NCBI RefSeq assembly: GCF_009914755.1
Contig: NC_060938.1
Direction: 5' to 3' (one strand)
Length of the DNA stretch: 64,000 nt
Source of the DNA: the human T2T-CHM13v2.0 reference genome, Homo sapiens
Below are positions 29,094 to 41,408 of the stretch, piece after piece. Each line of letters opens with the position of its first letter. Position 1 is the stretch's first letter. Below the pieces are notes generated by a model that was not told the origin of the DNA, did not search any database, and saw only the letters and a program-made list of their open reading frames with translations. A program made the translations under genes and the position numbers.

Positions 29094-29628
29094 TGTTACA
29101 GGAAGGGGGTCCCAATCAAGAGACAGTTTTGGATCTCACACAAGAAAGAATTCAGGGCGAGTCTGCAGAGTAAAGTGAATGCAAGTTTATTAAGAAAGTA
29201 AAAAAAATAAAAGAATGACTCTATAGACAGAGCAGCCCCCGAGCACTTCTGGTTGCTCAGTTTTATGGTTATTTCTTGATGATATGCTAAACAAGGGGTG
29301 GATTATTCATGACTCTGCTTTCTAGACCACATAGGGTAACTTCGTAATGTTGCCATGGCATTTGTAAACTGTCATGGCACTGGTGGGAGTGTAGCATTGA
29401 GAACCACCAGAGGTCACTCTCGTGGCCATCTTGGTTTTTGTGGGTTTTAGCTGGCTTCTTTACCTCAACCTGTTTTATAAGCAAGGTCTTTATGAACCGT
29501 TTTTTTGTGCTGACCTCCTTTCTCACCCTGTGACTTAGAATGCCTTAACCATCTAGGAATGCAGCCCAGTAAATTTCAACTTCATTTACCCAGCTCCTAC
29601 TCAAGATGGAGTTGCTCTGGTTCACACA
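29094..29628 (-). mobile_element. MER41A solo LTR nested in the MST 5' LTR
   Basis: Reverse MER41 from tgttacaggaagggggtccc to caagatggagttgctctggttca; lacks the GAS block. Confidence 0.85.
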
Positions 29629-31526
29629 CACAGAAAATTTGGAAGCAGCTTTGGAACTGAGTAAAAGGCAGAGGTTGGAGGAGTTTGGAGGGCTCAGAAG
29701 AAGACAGAAAGATTAGGGAAAGTTTGGAACTTCTTAGAGACTGTTAAATGGTTGTGTCCAAAATGCTGGTAGTAATATGGACAGTGAAGTCCGGGATGAT
29801 GAGGTCTTGGATGGAAATGAGGAACTTATTGTGAACTAAAGTAAAGATCACATGTGTTATGCCTTAGCAAAGAGTTTGGCTGTGTTCTGTTTATACCCTA
29901 GAGCTCTGTGGAAGTTTGAACTTCAGTGTGATGATTTAGGGTATCTAAAAGAAGAAATTGCTAAGCAGCAAGGTGTTCAAGAGTGGTGTGCCTGCTATTA
30001 ACAGCCTATGGTCAGATGTAGAACAAAGAATTGACTTAAAGTTGGAAACTATATTTAACCAGGAAGCAGAGTAAAACTTTGAACAATTTTCAACCTGACC
30101 ATGTGGCAGAGAAGGAAAAAGGTTTTTAGGGAAAGGAATTCAAGCTGGCTGTGGAGCAACCACTTGCTAGAGATATTGGCGTAACTAAAAGAGGACCAAG
30201 TGCTAATATCCAAGACAATGGAAAAAAAAAGACCCAGAAAGCATTTCGGAGATCTCAGAGGCGGTACCTCCCATCACAGACCCGGAAGCCTAGAGGAAAA
30301 GAATGGCTTCTTGAGCCAGGCCCAGGACCCCATTCCCGTGTGCAGCCTTGGGACACTGGTTCCCACATCATAGTTGCTCCACCTCCAGAACGGGTTTAAA
30401 GGTGCCCAGGTACAGCCTGAGCTACCACTTTGGAGAATGCAAGCCTTAAGCCTTGGCATCTTCCAAGTGGTATTAAGCCTGCAGGTGCACAGAGTGCAGG
30501 AGTTAAGGAGGCTTGTCCTCCACCTAGATTTCAGAGGGGATATGGAAAAGCCTAGGTGTCCAGGAGGAAGCCTGTTGTAGAAGCAGAGCCCTCACAGAGA
30601 GCAGAGGCAGTGTTGAGGGCAATTGTGGGATTGGAGGCCCCACACAGAGTCCCCACTGAGGCACCTCCTAGTAGAGCTGTGAGAAAGTGGCCACCATCCT
30701 CCAGACCTGAGAATGGTGGGTCCACAGGCAGCTTGCACCATCAGCATGAAAAGCCGCAGGCACTCGGCTCCAACCCATGAGAGAACCTGTCGGGGCTGCA
30801 CTCTACAAAGCCACAGGGGTGGGGCTGCCCAAGGCCTTGGGGCCCACCCTTCACACCAGAGTGCCCAGGATGTGGGACATAATGTCAAAGGAGATTGTTT
30901 TGGAGCTCTAAGATTTAAGGACTGTCCTGCTGTATTTCAAATTTGTATGGGACCCATAGTTCCTTTCTTATAGCCAATTTCTCCCTTTTGGAACAGAAAT
31001 GTTTACCCAATGCCTGAACTCCCACTTTATCTTGGAAGTAAATATTTTGCTTTTGATTTTACAGGTTTATAGGTGAGAGAGATGTTCTTTGTCTAAGATG
31101 AGACTTTGGGTTAATGCTGAAACGATTTAAGACTTTGGAGAAATGTTGGAAAGACATGATTTTATTTTGTAATGTGAGAAGGACATGAGATTTGGGGAGG
31201 GGGACAAGGTGAAATAAGAATATAGTTTGGATTTGTATACTCACCCAAATCCCCTGTTGAAAAGTAATTCTCCATGTTGGAGGTAGGGTCTGGTGGGAGG
31301 TGTTTGGATCATGGGGGCAGGTCCCTCATGAATGGCTTGGCCATCCCCTTGGTGATAAGTGAGCTCTTGCTCTGAGTTTCCATGAGGTCTGGTCATTTAA
31401 AATTGTGTGGGACCTCCCCCTACACTCTCTTTTGCTCCCATTCCCACCATGTGATGTGCTTGCTCCCCCTTTGCCTTCTGCTATGATTGGAAGCTTTCTG
31501 AGCCCTCCCCAGAATCTGCCATGCTC

Positions 31527-31823
31527 TTTTTTTCTTGAAAGACAGTCTCCCTCTGTCACCCAGGCTGGAGGAGTACAGTGGTGCAATCTTGGCTCACAGC
31601 AATTTCCACTTCCGTGGCTCAAGCAATCCTCCCATCTCAGCCTCCCACATAGCTGGGACCATAGGTGTGTGCCACCACACCTGGCTAATTTTTATATTTT
31701 TGTAGAGACAACAGGGTTTCACCATGTTCCCCAGGCTGGTCTTGAACTCCTGAGCTCAAGTGATTCATCCACCTTGGCCTCCCAAAATGTTGGGAATACA
31801 GGCATGAGCCACTGCACCCAGCT
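31527..31823 (-). mobile_element. AluJ nested in the MST 3' LTR
   Basis: Reverse Alu; TSD tgccatgct / tgctatgct. Confidence 0.93.
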
Positions 31824-32429
31824 TGCTATGCTTCCTATACAGCCTGCACAACCATAAGCCAATTAGATCTCTTTTCTTACAAATTACCCAGTCTCAGGTA
31901 TTTCATTATAGCAGTGCAAGAACAGCCTAACACCACTGGTAAATGCATAGCTTTGATCCTACATGCCAGAGAGAATAGATAGCCCATCATCCCCATCTGG
32001 CATGTCACATAAGCTTCCTCTCCACATGTGCATTTATGTTCTCCATCATCAGGTTCAGCAGTAAATATTCACATAGTGGCATTCCAAATGGAGACTGAGA
32101 CAAGGATTAGAAAAGCAAGCTAAGGCAGGACAAATGTTTCAGCATGACTGTAACTAACAGAAGAGTATCAGGGGATGTGTGAGACCTATTTCTTGGGACA
32201 TCAAAAATGACCTTACAACCTAAAACAGTTGAATGTCTGATAATCATCTGGATATTCTGACAGGGAAAAAGGTGACAGGTACTCTGTCACTTTGATATAA
32301 ATACAAAATGGCGGCATATTGTAATGACAGGCTTGTCAGGCCAGGGCATTTAGAAAATAAAGACACTCATTTAAGTGTTACAGAAAATCTTCCCTGTCAC
32401 AACCATGATCTGTCTTTGCAAAATGCTTT

Positions 32430-33150
32430 TTATATGCCACTGTTTTAGTCCTAGACTCTAGGCACACTGGCTTCCTTGCTGTTCCCAGACAAGAAACCCT
32501 GTACGCTCAAGGCCCTTGCACGTGCTGTCATTTTTGCCTTAAACTTTCTTTCCCTCAAGGAGCTGCGTCATTGGCTCCCTTGCTTCCTTCAAGTATTTAT
32601 TTAAAAGGCATCTAAACTGAGCACAGTTGTTCATGCCTGTAATCCCAGTACTTTGGGAAGCCGACGTGGGCAGATTGCTGGAGCCCAGGAGTTCAAGACC
32701 AGCGTGTGCAACATGGTGAAACCCCATTTCTACAAAGTTTAAAAAATTTGCTGGGCATGGTGGTGCATGCCTGTAGTCCTAGCTATTTGAGAGGCTGAGG
32801 TGGGAGGATTGCTTTAGGCTGGGATATTGAGGCTGCAATGAGCTGTGATTGAGCCACTGAACTCCAGCCTGAGCAACAGAGTGAGACTCTGTCTCACTCT
32901 GTCTCAGAAAAAGAAAAAAAATAAATCATTAACAAAAAAAGCATCTAAGTGAGGCCTTTTCTAACCACCTGCCTAAAATTTTCATACTCTATTGTATTTC
33001 CATACTTTTTTTTCCCTCATAGAATTGAAGCTCCATTGACAGCAGAGATTACTTGTTTCTGTTTTGTCTCAGTGCCACATCCCCAGTGGCTAGAACAGTA
33101 TCTGGCACATAGGACATACTCTACAAATGTTCCTTGAATAAAGGAAGAAT
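32430..33150 (+). mobile_element. L2 3' end interrupted by an Alu
   Basis: 'cacactggcttccttgctgttcc...tagaacagtatctggcacatagg'. Confidence 0.7.
32615..32936 (+). mobile_element. AluJ SINE
   Basis: Dimeric Alu; TSD aaa(g/a)gcatcta. Confidence 0.93.
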
Positions 33151-35682
33151 CTGTGTATGTCCATTTGGTCAACTAAGCAATGAGCCTCTTTTAGATGAAA
33201 ATGGGGAGGTGATGGCTCATTTACTTCTCATCCATCCGCCTACCATAGCCATTGCACACAGCACACCATGATGAATGTTTGGTCTTTGGGGCTGCTTTGT
33301 CTCAATGAAATCCTTATCAGGACCCTGCAACTTTCTTCATTGTGTAGACTGTTTTTCTGTCCTGACACTTTGTACAATTATAAGTGTCCTCTTTGATTTT
33401 TCATTAAGCTTTTGAAGTACTGAGTGTGTGAGGAGGAAATTATTATCCTAATTTCACAACCATAGAGATTAAGGCACATGAGAAATGAGACCCATATTTA
33501 AGTCAGTGACATGGTCAGGATTATAATTCAAAATGTACTTGTTGCAGGATCCCCTGAGTCATATCTTTCCAATGCATTACCCCTGGATAAATATGCTAGA
33601 GGAGAAATAGATCCTTTTGTTTTCATTAGGGAATCTATTTGTTGACATTTGTCTTTTCAGAGACACAAGGAATGTGTATGTGCTTTTTCCCTTCAAGCTA
33701 AAGAAAAGAAAAAAAATTATTATCACTAGATATCTTTGAAAATTAAGTACATTTAAGAGGGCAATCAATATCTAGGTGTCATTTCCTTAATTCAAATTAC
33801 CGCAAGTCATAAAAAGAAAATAAAATACTCTTAGGGACAAATTTAGTTCAAAATTTTGGAGGCATGCTTCAAAATTTCCTTACAAAGAGAAATATAGAAA
33901 TTAGAACTATAACTCTTTGAAAGAGCCTAAAAATTTAGCACCCATTTCAGACATCTATGTGTGAGTCTACTCAGAAATCTTTCTTAAGTAAATATTTGTG
34001 AATAAACATTCAAATTTCTGTCTGAATATAAGATATTTATTTATAAGGTAGGAGTCTTTTTCCTGTGTGCTGTTGTTGTAGGATGGTGGATGGAAGAAAC
34101 AGGAGATGAATTGAAGTCAAAGAGAACAGATGGGAGACTATTGCAAAGGTTTAGATAAGGATTTCATTCACTCCATCAATTTTTATTCATCATTCACTCT
34201 GTGTAAGGAACAGTACTTGCCAAAAGGGATATTTCGGTGGGCAAGACAGACCTAGCTGGGCTGTTGGAGGACTTGGTGAAGCTGACGAGGGATTCTAATA
34301 AGAAATGATGGATACGGCACAAGGAAGAGGAAGGTACTATGAGGATATATGGTCATGTGATCTAATATAATCTAATATGCTTTGACCAAAAGCAATGGTC
34401 CGAGACTTGAGAACAAGAAATAAATATGAGAAATGTTTAGAATGTAAAACCAACACAATCTCTAGAGAGGGGAGAGGAGGCTAGGTCTTACAGGAGTGTG
34501 GGAGAGGAATGTAGAGAGATGAATGCTTCTCCTTAACATTATAAGGAATATCCTGGATAGCCTCACCACCCCTAACTTGCATTACTCCTCCTTCTTATGT
34601 ATTTTCCAACAATAAGCAACTTGGTCTATGTAGAAACCCACATCTACATCACTTTACTCGTCTTCCTCTTACTGGGCCGCATCTCCATTTTCTTCTCCTG
34701 GCTACATCTTACCAGTCAAAGATTCATCTGAGCTATTACAACCTTCTAGACATTTCTCCAAGTCAGATAAGGGATAGAGGATATATATATAGAGAGGTGT
34801 TGGAGCTGTAATGTGACATTTTCTAGCCTCAGTTCCTTTCCTTGTGCTGTTGTGACTTTTCATGGTCATTTCCTATCCTACTGAATCTACTTCCTTTGTG
34901 AAAAATAGAAGAGGATTAATTCCTGGGTCAATCAACAAAACCATTCACATATTCCTAGAGTTGCTGCTATACTAGAATCATTAAGCTCTGGGTTGTGAGT
35001 GTTTCAAGCACTACCAAGACATGGCACTTAATGTCAATTAGGAAAAACTGACAAAGTTGGCATCTTAAATGTTTATTCAGTAACTTTATAGCAAGTAATT
35101 CTACTTGAGTAAAGAGGGTAAAATGTAAAAGTTTGCAAATAAAAAAGTTAATATACAATTAACAGCTCAATATGACAAGTTACACTTACATAATTTAAAA
35201 CTAAACCCCAATGAATTCGTAATTTTTCTTAAATGTCTACTTTCTGACATACTTAAGCTTTCTTGATTAAAATAAAATATTCAGGAGAACTTTCCTAATT
35301 TTTGATATTTTTTATGAAATGTAAGTGAACACTTTAAAGTCTCAAAACAATAAAACGGTTATTTACACACATGCATACAACTATATACAAAGAAAAGCAA
35401 ACCAAACCAAACCTCTTGTAACTTCACTTTTTATTTGCTACTTTTAAGTGTGATTCATATAAGATTTACATAGGCTAATAATGTTACAAAAATCTGGGCT
35501 AAAACCACATATGGACTAATCAGCTTCAATATACGTGAAAAGTAATTATGAAATTAAGCGGGTGATACTAGGGCAATTGTATTGAAAAGGTATATAGCAT
35601 TCATAGAGTTTTGCCTCACAATATTCTTGTGTAGATTAGAAATAAACCAGCTAATGGTTTATATTCTGTTCATAGTGGTAAC

Positions 35683-36094
35683 TTTCATGCGCGTCCGTGT
35701 AAAGAGACCACCCAACAGACTTTGTGTGAGCAATAAAGCTTTTAATCACCTGGGTGCAGGCAGGCTGAGTCTGAAAAGAGAGTCAGTGAAGAGAGATAGG
35801 GGTGGGGCCATTTTATAAGATTTGTGTAGGTAAAGGAAAATTACAGTCAAAGGGGGGTTGTTCTCTGGCAGGCAGGAGTGGGGGTCACAAGGTGCTCAGT
35901 AGGGGAGCTTTTGAGCCAGGATGAGCCAGGAGAAGGAATTTCACAAGACAATGTCATCAGTTAGGGCAGGAACAGGCCATTTTCACTTCTTTTGTGGTGG
36001 AATGTCATCAGTTAAGGCAGGAACCGGCCATCTGGATGTGTACGTGCAGGTCACAGGGGATATGATGGCTTAGCTTGGGCTCAGATGCCTGACA
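35683..36094 (-). mobile_element. HERV-H 3' LTR (LTR7 family, 412 bp)
   Basis: Preceded on the minus strand by the PPT ataagaagacaggaa; ATTAAA poly(A) signal. Confidence 0.97.
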
Positions 36095-38481
36095 TTCCTG
36101 TCTTCTTATATTAATAAGAAAAATAAGATGAAATAGTGGTAAAGGGTTGGGATGGCGAAAATTTTGGGGGTGGTATGGAGAGATAATGGGCGATGTTTCT
36201 CAGGGCTGCTTCGAGCGGGATTAGGGGTGACGTGGGAACCTAGAGTGGGAGAGATTAAGCTGAAAGAAGATTTTGTGGTAAGGGGTGATATTGTGGAGTT
36301 GTTAGAAGAAACATTTGTCGTGTAGAACTATTGGTGATGGCCTGGATATGGTTTTGTATGAATTGAAAAACTAAATGGAATAAGAGAAGGAGAAAAACAG
36401 GTATAAAAGGTCTAAGAATTGGGATGACTCAGGACATCTGATAGAGAGTGCCTAAGGAGATTCAGCATAGTCCTGCCAGCAAAGATTATTTATTTACTTC
36501 AGAGTGGCAGTTTGGCGATAGCACCAGGAGATATCAGCTGTGATGACTTGGAGAAACAGTGTAAACCGGCAGTGTAAACAAGAGCAGGGCATGTATGAGT
36601 AGTTGAGAACGTTGAATAGGAGTATGACTAGACAGAAGATAGTAGGGATGACAAGTTTTTTTGGGGCACAGTCTAAGTTGGTCTGGTGTCTGGAATGAGA
36701 CTGGGGCCTAATAAAAAGGAGCGTCTATACAGGAGCTCAAATGGGCTGTACCTTGTAGCATTCTGAGGACATGTCTGACTTCTGAGAAGGGAAAGTCTTA
36801 AAAGTATTGTCCAGTCCTTTTTAAGTTGGTGGCTGAGCTTGGTGAGGTGTGTTTTTAAAAGACCTTTAGTCCGTTCTACTTTTCCTGAAGATGGAGGACC
36901 GTAAGGGATATAAAGGTTTCACTGAATACTAAGAGCCTGAAAAACTGCTTGGCTGATTTGACTAATAAAGGCTGGTCTGTTATCAGACTGTATAGAGGTG
37001 GGAAGGCTAAACTGAGGAATTATGTCTGACAGAAGGGAAGAAATGACTGCAGTGGCCTTCTCAGACCCTGTAGGAAAGGTCTGTACCTATCCAGTGAAAA
37101 TGTCTACCTAGACTAAGAGGTATTTTAGTTATCTGACTCGGGGCATGTTGAGTAAAGCTAATTTGCCAGTCCTGGGTGGGGGCAAATCCTTCAGCTTGAT
37201 GTGTAGGGAAGGGAGGGGGCCTGAATAAGCCCTGAGGAGTAGTAGAATAGCAGATGGAACACTGAGAAGTTATTTCCTTGGGGATAGATTTCCATGATGG
37301 AAAGGAAATGAGAGGTTCTAAGAGGTGGGCTAGTGCCTTGTACTATAGCATAGCCTGCCTTTGCTGGTGTGTGGCGATTAGGCCTGGTGGAACCGCCATC
37401 AATAAATCAAGCGTGATCAGGGTGAGGAATAGGAAAGAAGGAAATATGGGGAAATGGGATGAATGTCAGGTGGATCAGAGAGAGACAGTCATGGGGGTCA
37501 GGTGTGGTATCAGGAATAATGTGGGAGGCCGGATTGAAGTCCCGGCCAGGAACAATGGTAATTGTGGGACTTAACAAAGAGTGACTACAGCTGAAGTATC
37601 CGGGGAGCAGAAAGTATTTGCGTCTGGTATGAGGAAGAAAATAGATTTTGGAAGTTATGAGAAATGTAGAGAGTAAGTTGAGCATAGTTTGTGATTTTGA
37701 GGGCCTCTAAAAGTATTAGGGCGGCAGCAGCCACTGCATGGAGACATGATGGCTAGGCTAAAACAGTAAGGTCAAGTTGTTTGCACAGAAAAGCTACAGG
37801 GTGCGGTCCTGGCTCTTGTGTAAGAATTCTGACCGCGCTAACCATGCCTAGGAAGGAAAGGAGTTGTTGTTTTGTAAGGGATTGAGGTTTGGGAGATTAA
37901 TTGGACATGATCAGCAGGGAAAGCAGGTGTGTTTTTATGAGAATTATGCCGAGATAGGTAACAGATGAGGATGAAATTTGGGCTTGACTGAAGTAATGGG
38001 GGCCATCTGTGAAGCCTTGCGGCAGTACAGCCCAGGTGATTTTCTGAGCCTAATGGGTGTCAGGGTCAGTCCAAGTGAATGCGAAGACAGGCTGGGATGA
38101 CGAGTGCAAAGGAATAGTAAAGAAAGCATGTTTGAGATCCAGAACAGAATAATGGATTGTGGAGGGAGGTATTGAGGATAGGAGAGTATATGGGTTTGGC
38201 ACCATGGGGTGGATAGGCAAAACAATTTGGTTGATAAGGCATAGATCCTGAACTAACTTGTAAGGCTTGCCTGGTTTTAGGACAGGTAAAATGGGGGAAT
38301 TGTAAGGAGAGTTTATAGGCTTTAAAAGGCCATGCTATAGCAGGTGAGTGATAGCAGGCTTTAATCCTTTCAAAGCATGCCGTGGGATGGGATATTGGCA
38401 TTGAGTAGGGTAAGGGTGATTAGGTTTTAATGAGATGGTAAGGGGTGCATGATCGGTCGCCAAGGAGGGAGTAGAGGTGTC

Positions 38482-38839
38482 TTATACTTGTGGGTTAAGG
38501 TGGGGGAATACAAGAGGAGGACGCAAAGGAGGCTTTGGATTGGGAAGAAGGGCAGCAATGAGATGTAGCTGTAATCCAGGAATAGTCAGGGAAGCAGATA
38601 ATTTAGTTAAAGTGTCTTGGCCTAATAAGGAACTGGGCAGGTGGGGATAACTAAAAGGAGTGCTTAAAAGAGTATTGTCTAAGTTGGCACCAGAGTTGAG
38701 GAGTTTTAAGAGGTTTAGAAGCATGGCTGTCAATATCCACAACAGTTATGGAGGCAAGGGAAACAGGCCTTTGAAAAGAAGGTAATGCGGAGTGGGTAGC
38801 CTCCGTATTGATTAAGAAGGGGACGGACTTACCCTCCAC
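38482..38839 (-). pseudogene. pro: HERV-H protease remnant, frameshifted
   Basis: FLINTEATHS is a degenerate LIDTGA motif; LLGQDTL (LLGRD motif) lies in another frame. Confidence 0.8.
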
Positions 38840-38919
38840 TGTGAGAGTTACCTAAAGCTCGGCGTCCGTGATGGTCTACGGGGCTTCCGAGGCGATCAGG
38901 CAGCGTCAGTCTTCAGCCG

Positions 38920-39246
38920 CTAAGCCGAGAAGGACTCAGTCAGAGAGCCTTGGGCCAGAGTTCCAGGGGCTCTGGGAGTGGCTGCCAGGTGAGTTGAACA
39001 GTCCGATTTCCAGTGGGTTCCCGCACAGATGGGACGCGGCTTAGGAGGAATCCTGGGCTGCAGGCATTCCTTGGCCTGGTGGTCAGATTTCTGGCACTTG
39101 TAGCAAGCTCCTGGGGGAGGAGGTTCAGGAGGAATGCCTGGCCGCTGCAGTTCAGGCGTTTGGAAGTTCTTGTATGCTGGAGATGTGGCTGGGATTTGTC
39201 TCACAGTGGAGGCAAGGAATTGCAACTTCTTTCTATTATTGTACAC
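38920..39246 (-). pseudogene. gag: HERV-H gag nucleocapsid remnant
   Basis: CYKCQKSDHQAKEC fits CX2CX4HX4C; the second knuckle RPICAGTHWKSDC lacks its first Cys. Confidence 0.85.
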
Positions 39247-40198
39247 CTTGAAGGCGAGGTTAATTAAATCCTGTTGTGGGGTTTGAGGGCCAGAATTTAA
39301 TTTTTGGAGTTTTATTTAATGTCGGGAGCAGATTGGGTAATAAAATGTATATTGAGAATAAGACGGCCTTTTGACCTTTTAGGGTCTAGGGCTGTAAAGC
39401 GTCTCAGGGTTGCTGCCGAGCGAGCCATGAACTGGGCTGGGTTTTTTATATTTGATGAAAAAGAGCCTAAACGCTATCTGATTTGGGATAAAGAAAAAGG
39501 AGCATTAACCTTGACTATGCCTTTAGCTCCAGCCACCTTTTTAAGAGTAAATTGCTGGGCAGGTGGGGGAGGGCTAGTCATGGAAGGAAACTGTAAGCCA
39601 GACCGGGTGTGAGGAGGGGAGGTGATAAAAGGATTATAGGGTGGAGGAGCAGAGGCTGGGGAAGAATTGGGACCTAGCTCGGCCTGGCGAGGAGCAGCCT
39701 GGGGAGGAGGGGAGAGGTTAGATGGGTCTGTAGAAAAGGAAGATTAGAAAGACTCAGCAACACTTGGGGTTGGGACTGAGGGGACAGGTGGGAGGTAAAG
39801 AAGGAAGATTTGGGATGAGTTGCACTGGGAACAGAGACTAGAGAGGGACCGATGTGTAAAAGAATGCCTGGATGTGAGGCACCTCAGACCGTTTGCCTAT
39901 TTTACGACAAGAATTATTTAGATCTTGCAGGATGGAAAAATTGAAAGTGCCGTTTTCTGGCTATTTGGAACTACTGTCGAGTTTGTATTGGGGTCAAGCA
40001 GCATTGCAGAAGAAAATAAGATGCTTAGATTTTAGGTCAGGTGAGAGTTGAAGAGGTTTTAAGTTCTTAAGAATACAGGCTAAGGGAGAAGAAGGAGGGA
40101 TTGAGGGTGGAAGATTGCTCATAGTGAAGCCCAGAGAAAAGATAGTAGAGACTCAGAGGGAAGGGGTTCGGGGGTTCTTACCCTCCAGAAAAGCGGGA

Positions 40199-40405
40199 AA
40201 GGGGTCGGGGCACAGAGATATGAGGTCAGGGCGCGGAAGTAAGGGATTGGGGTGCAGAGATATAAGAGGTTGGGGTGCGGAAATAAGGGATCAGGGCGCA
40301 GAGATATGAGGTTGGGGCATGGAAATAAGGGATCGGGGCACAGAGATATAAGAGGTTGGGGTGCGGAAATAAGGGATCGGGGTGCAGAGATATAAGGGGT
40401 TGGGG
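40199..40405. repeat. HERV-H leader minisatellite, alternating 42/44-bp units
   Basis: Unit starts at 40199, 40241, 40285, 40327 and 40371. Confidence 0.85.
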
Positions 40406-40977
40406 TACTTGTCCCTCCCCCAGAAAAGCGGTACTTGCCGCTAAGGGTGAAGGAGAAGGGGTTGGGGGTTTCTTGCCCCCTAGAAAGAGAAGGGGTAGAG
40501 ACACGGAGAGAAGGGATTGGGGTACTTGCCCCTTCCCCAGAAAAGCGAGACTTGCCGCTAAGGGTGAAGGACCAAGGCAGGCATCCCTGTGTGGTCTGAC
40601 ACCTCTGAAACCTGGGTAAATAATCAGAGAGGCATCCCTGCAATGATTAAACACCAAGGGAAGGCTGCCTTCCCTAGTCCGTGACCGGCTCCGGAGTTTT
40701 GGGTCCACAGATAAAATGTGTCTCCTTTGTCTCTACCAGAAAATGAAAGGAATTGAAATTAAGAGAAGGAAGAGATTGAAGAGTGGAAAGAAGAAAGTGG
40801 TTGAGGGACAGTGAGAGAGGTTCGAGAAGAGAGTAAGAAGAGGCTGCTTACCCAATTTAAAATTGCTGCTATGTTCCTTGGGCTGGTTGGTCTGAGGACC
40901 TGAGGTCGTAGGTGGATCTTTCTCACTGAGCAAAGAACAGGAGGACAGGGGATTGATCTCCCAAGGGAGGTCCCCTG

Positions 40978-40995
40978 ATCTGAGTCACAGCACCA
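40978..40995 (-). other. Primer-binding site for tRNA-His
   Basis: TGGTGCTGTGACTCAGAT versus the canonical TGGTGCCGTGACTCGGAT (two CpG transitions), next to the 5' LTR. Confidence 0.92.
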
Positions 40996-40997
40996 AA

Positions 40998-41408
40998 TTT
41001 CATGCGCATCCGTGTAAAGAGACCACCAAACAGACTTTGTGTGAGCAATAAAGCTTTTAATCACCTGGGTGCAGGCAGGCTGAGTCTGAAAAGAGAGTCA
41101 GTGAAGAGAGATAGGGGTGGGGCCATTTTATAAGATTTGGATAGGTAAAGGAAAATTACAGTCAAAGGGGGGTTGTTCTCTGGCAGGCAGGAGTGGGGTC
41201 ACAAGGTGCTCAGTAGGGGAGCTTTTGAGCCAGGATGAGCCAGGAGAAGGAATTTCACAAGACAATGTCATCAGTTAAGGCAGGAACAGGCCATTTTCAC
41301 TTCTTTTGTGGTGGAATGTCATCAGTTAAGGCAGGAACCGGCCATCTGGATGTGTATGTGCAGGTCACAGGGGATATGATGGCTTAGCTTGGGCTCAGAG
41401 GCCTGACA
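40998..41408 (-). promoter_or_regulatory. HERV-H 5' LTR (LTR7 family, 411 bp), candidate promoter
   Basis: Minus strand TATAAAA followed by the GC/GT box GGCCCCACCCC; ACAAAAGA at 41302-41309. Confidence 0.9.

Larger units (their letters stand above)
28720..31934 (+). mobile_element. Complete MSTB-type MaLR element (5' LTR 28720-29093, internal ~29630-31217, 3' LTR ~31218-31934)
   Basis: Both LTRs start (tg/ga)atatagtttgg; MST-int 'tggaagcagctttggaactg...gagggctcagaagaagacag'; 5-bp TSD attgg/actgg. Confidence 0.9.
35683..41408 (-). mobile_element. HERV-H provirus, common ~5.7-kb deleted form, with two LTR7s
   Basis: Two LTRs TGTCAGG...CATGAAA on the minus strand; TSD gtaac (35678-82) / gttac (41409-13); His PBS; polypurine tract; gag and pro remnants. 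Confidence 0.97.

Noticed and set aside
30151-30973. Cluster of short ORFs
   Set aside because: Degenerate MaLR (MST) internal sequence in broken frames.
36100-38480. Possible intact pol or env
   Set aside because: Only short broken ORFs; the element length matches the pol/env-deleted HERV-H form.
40119-40708. 174-aa and 160-aa ORFs with repeated peptides
   Set aside because: Translations of the HERV-H leader repeats, with no support as proteins.
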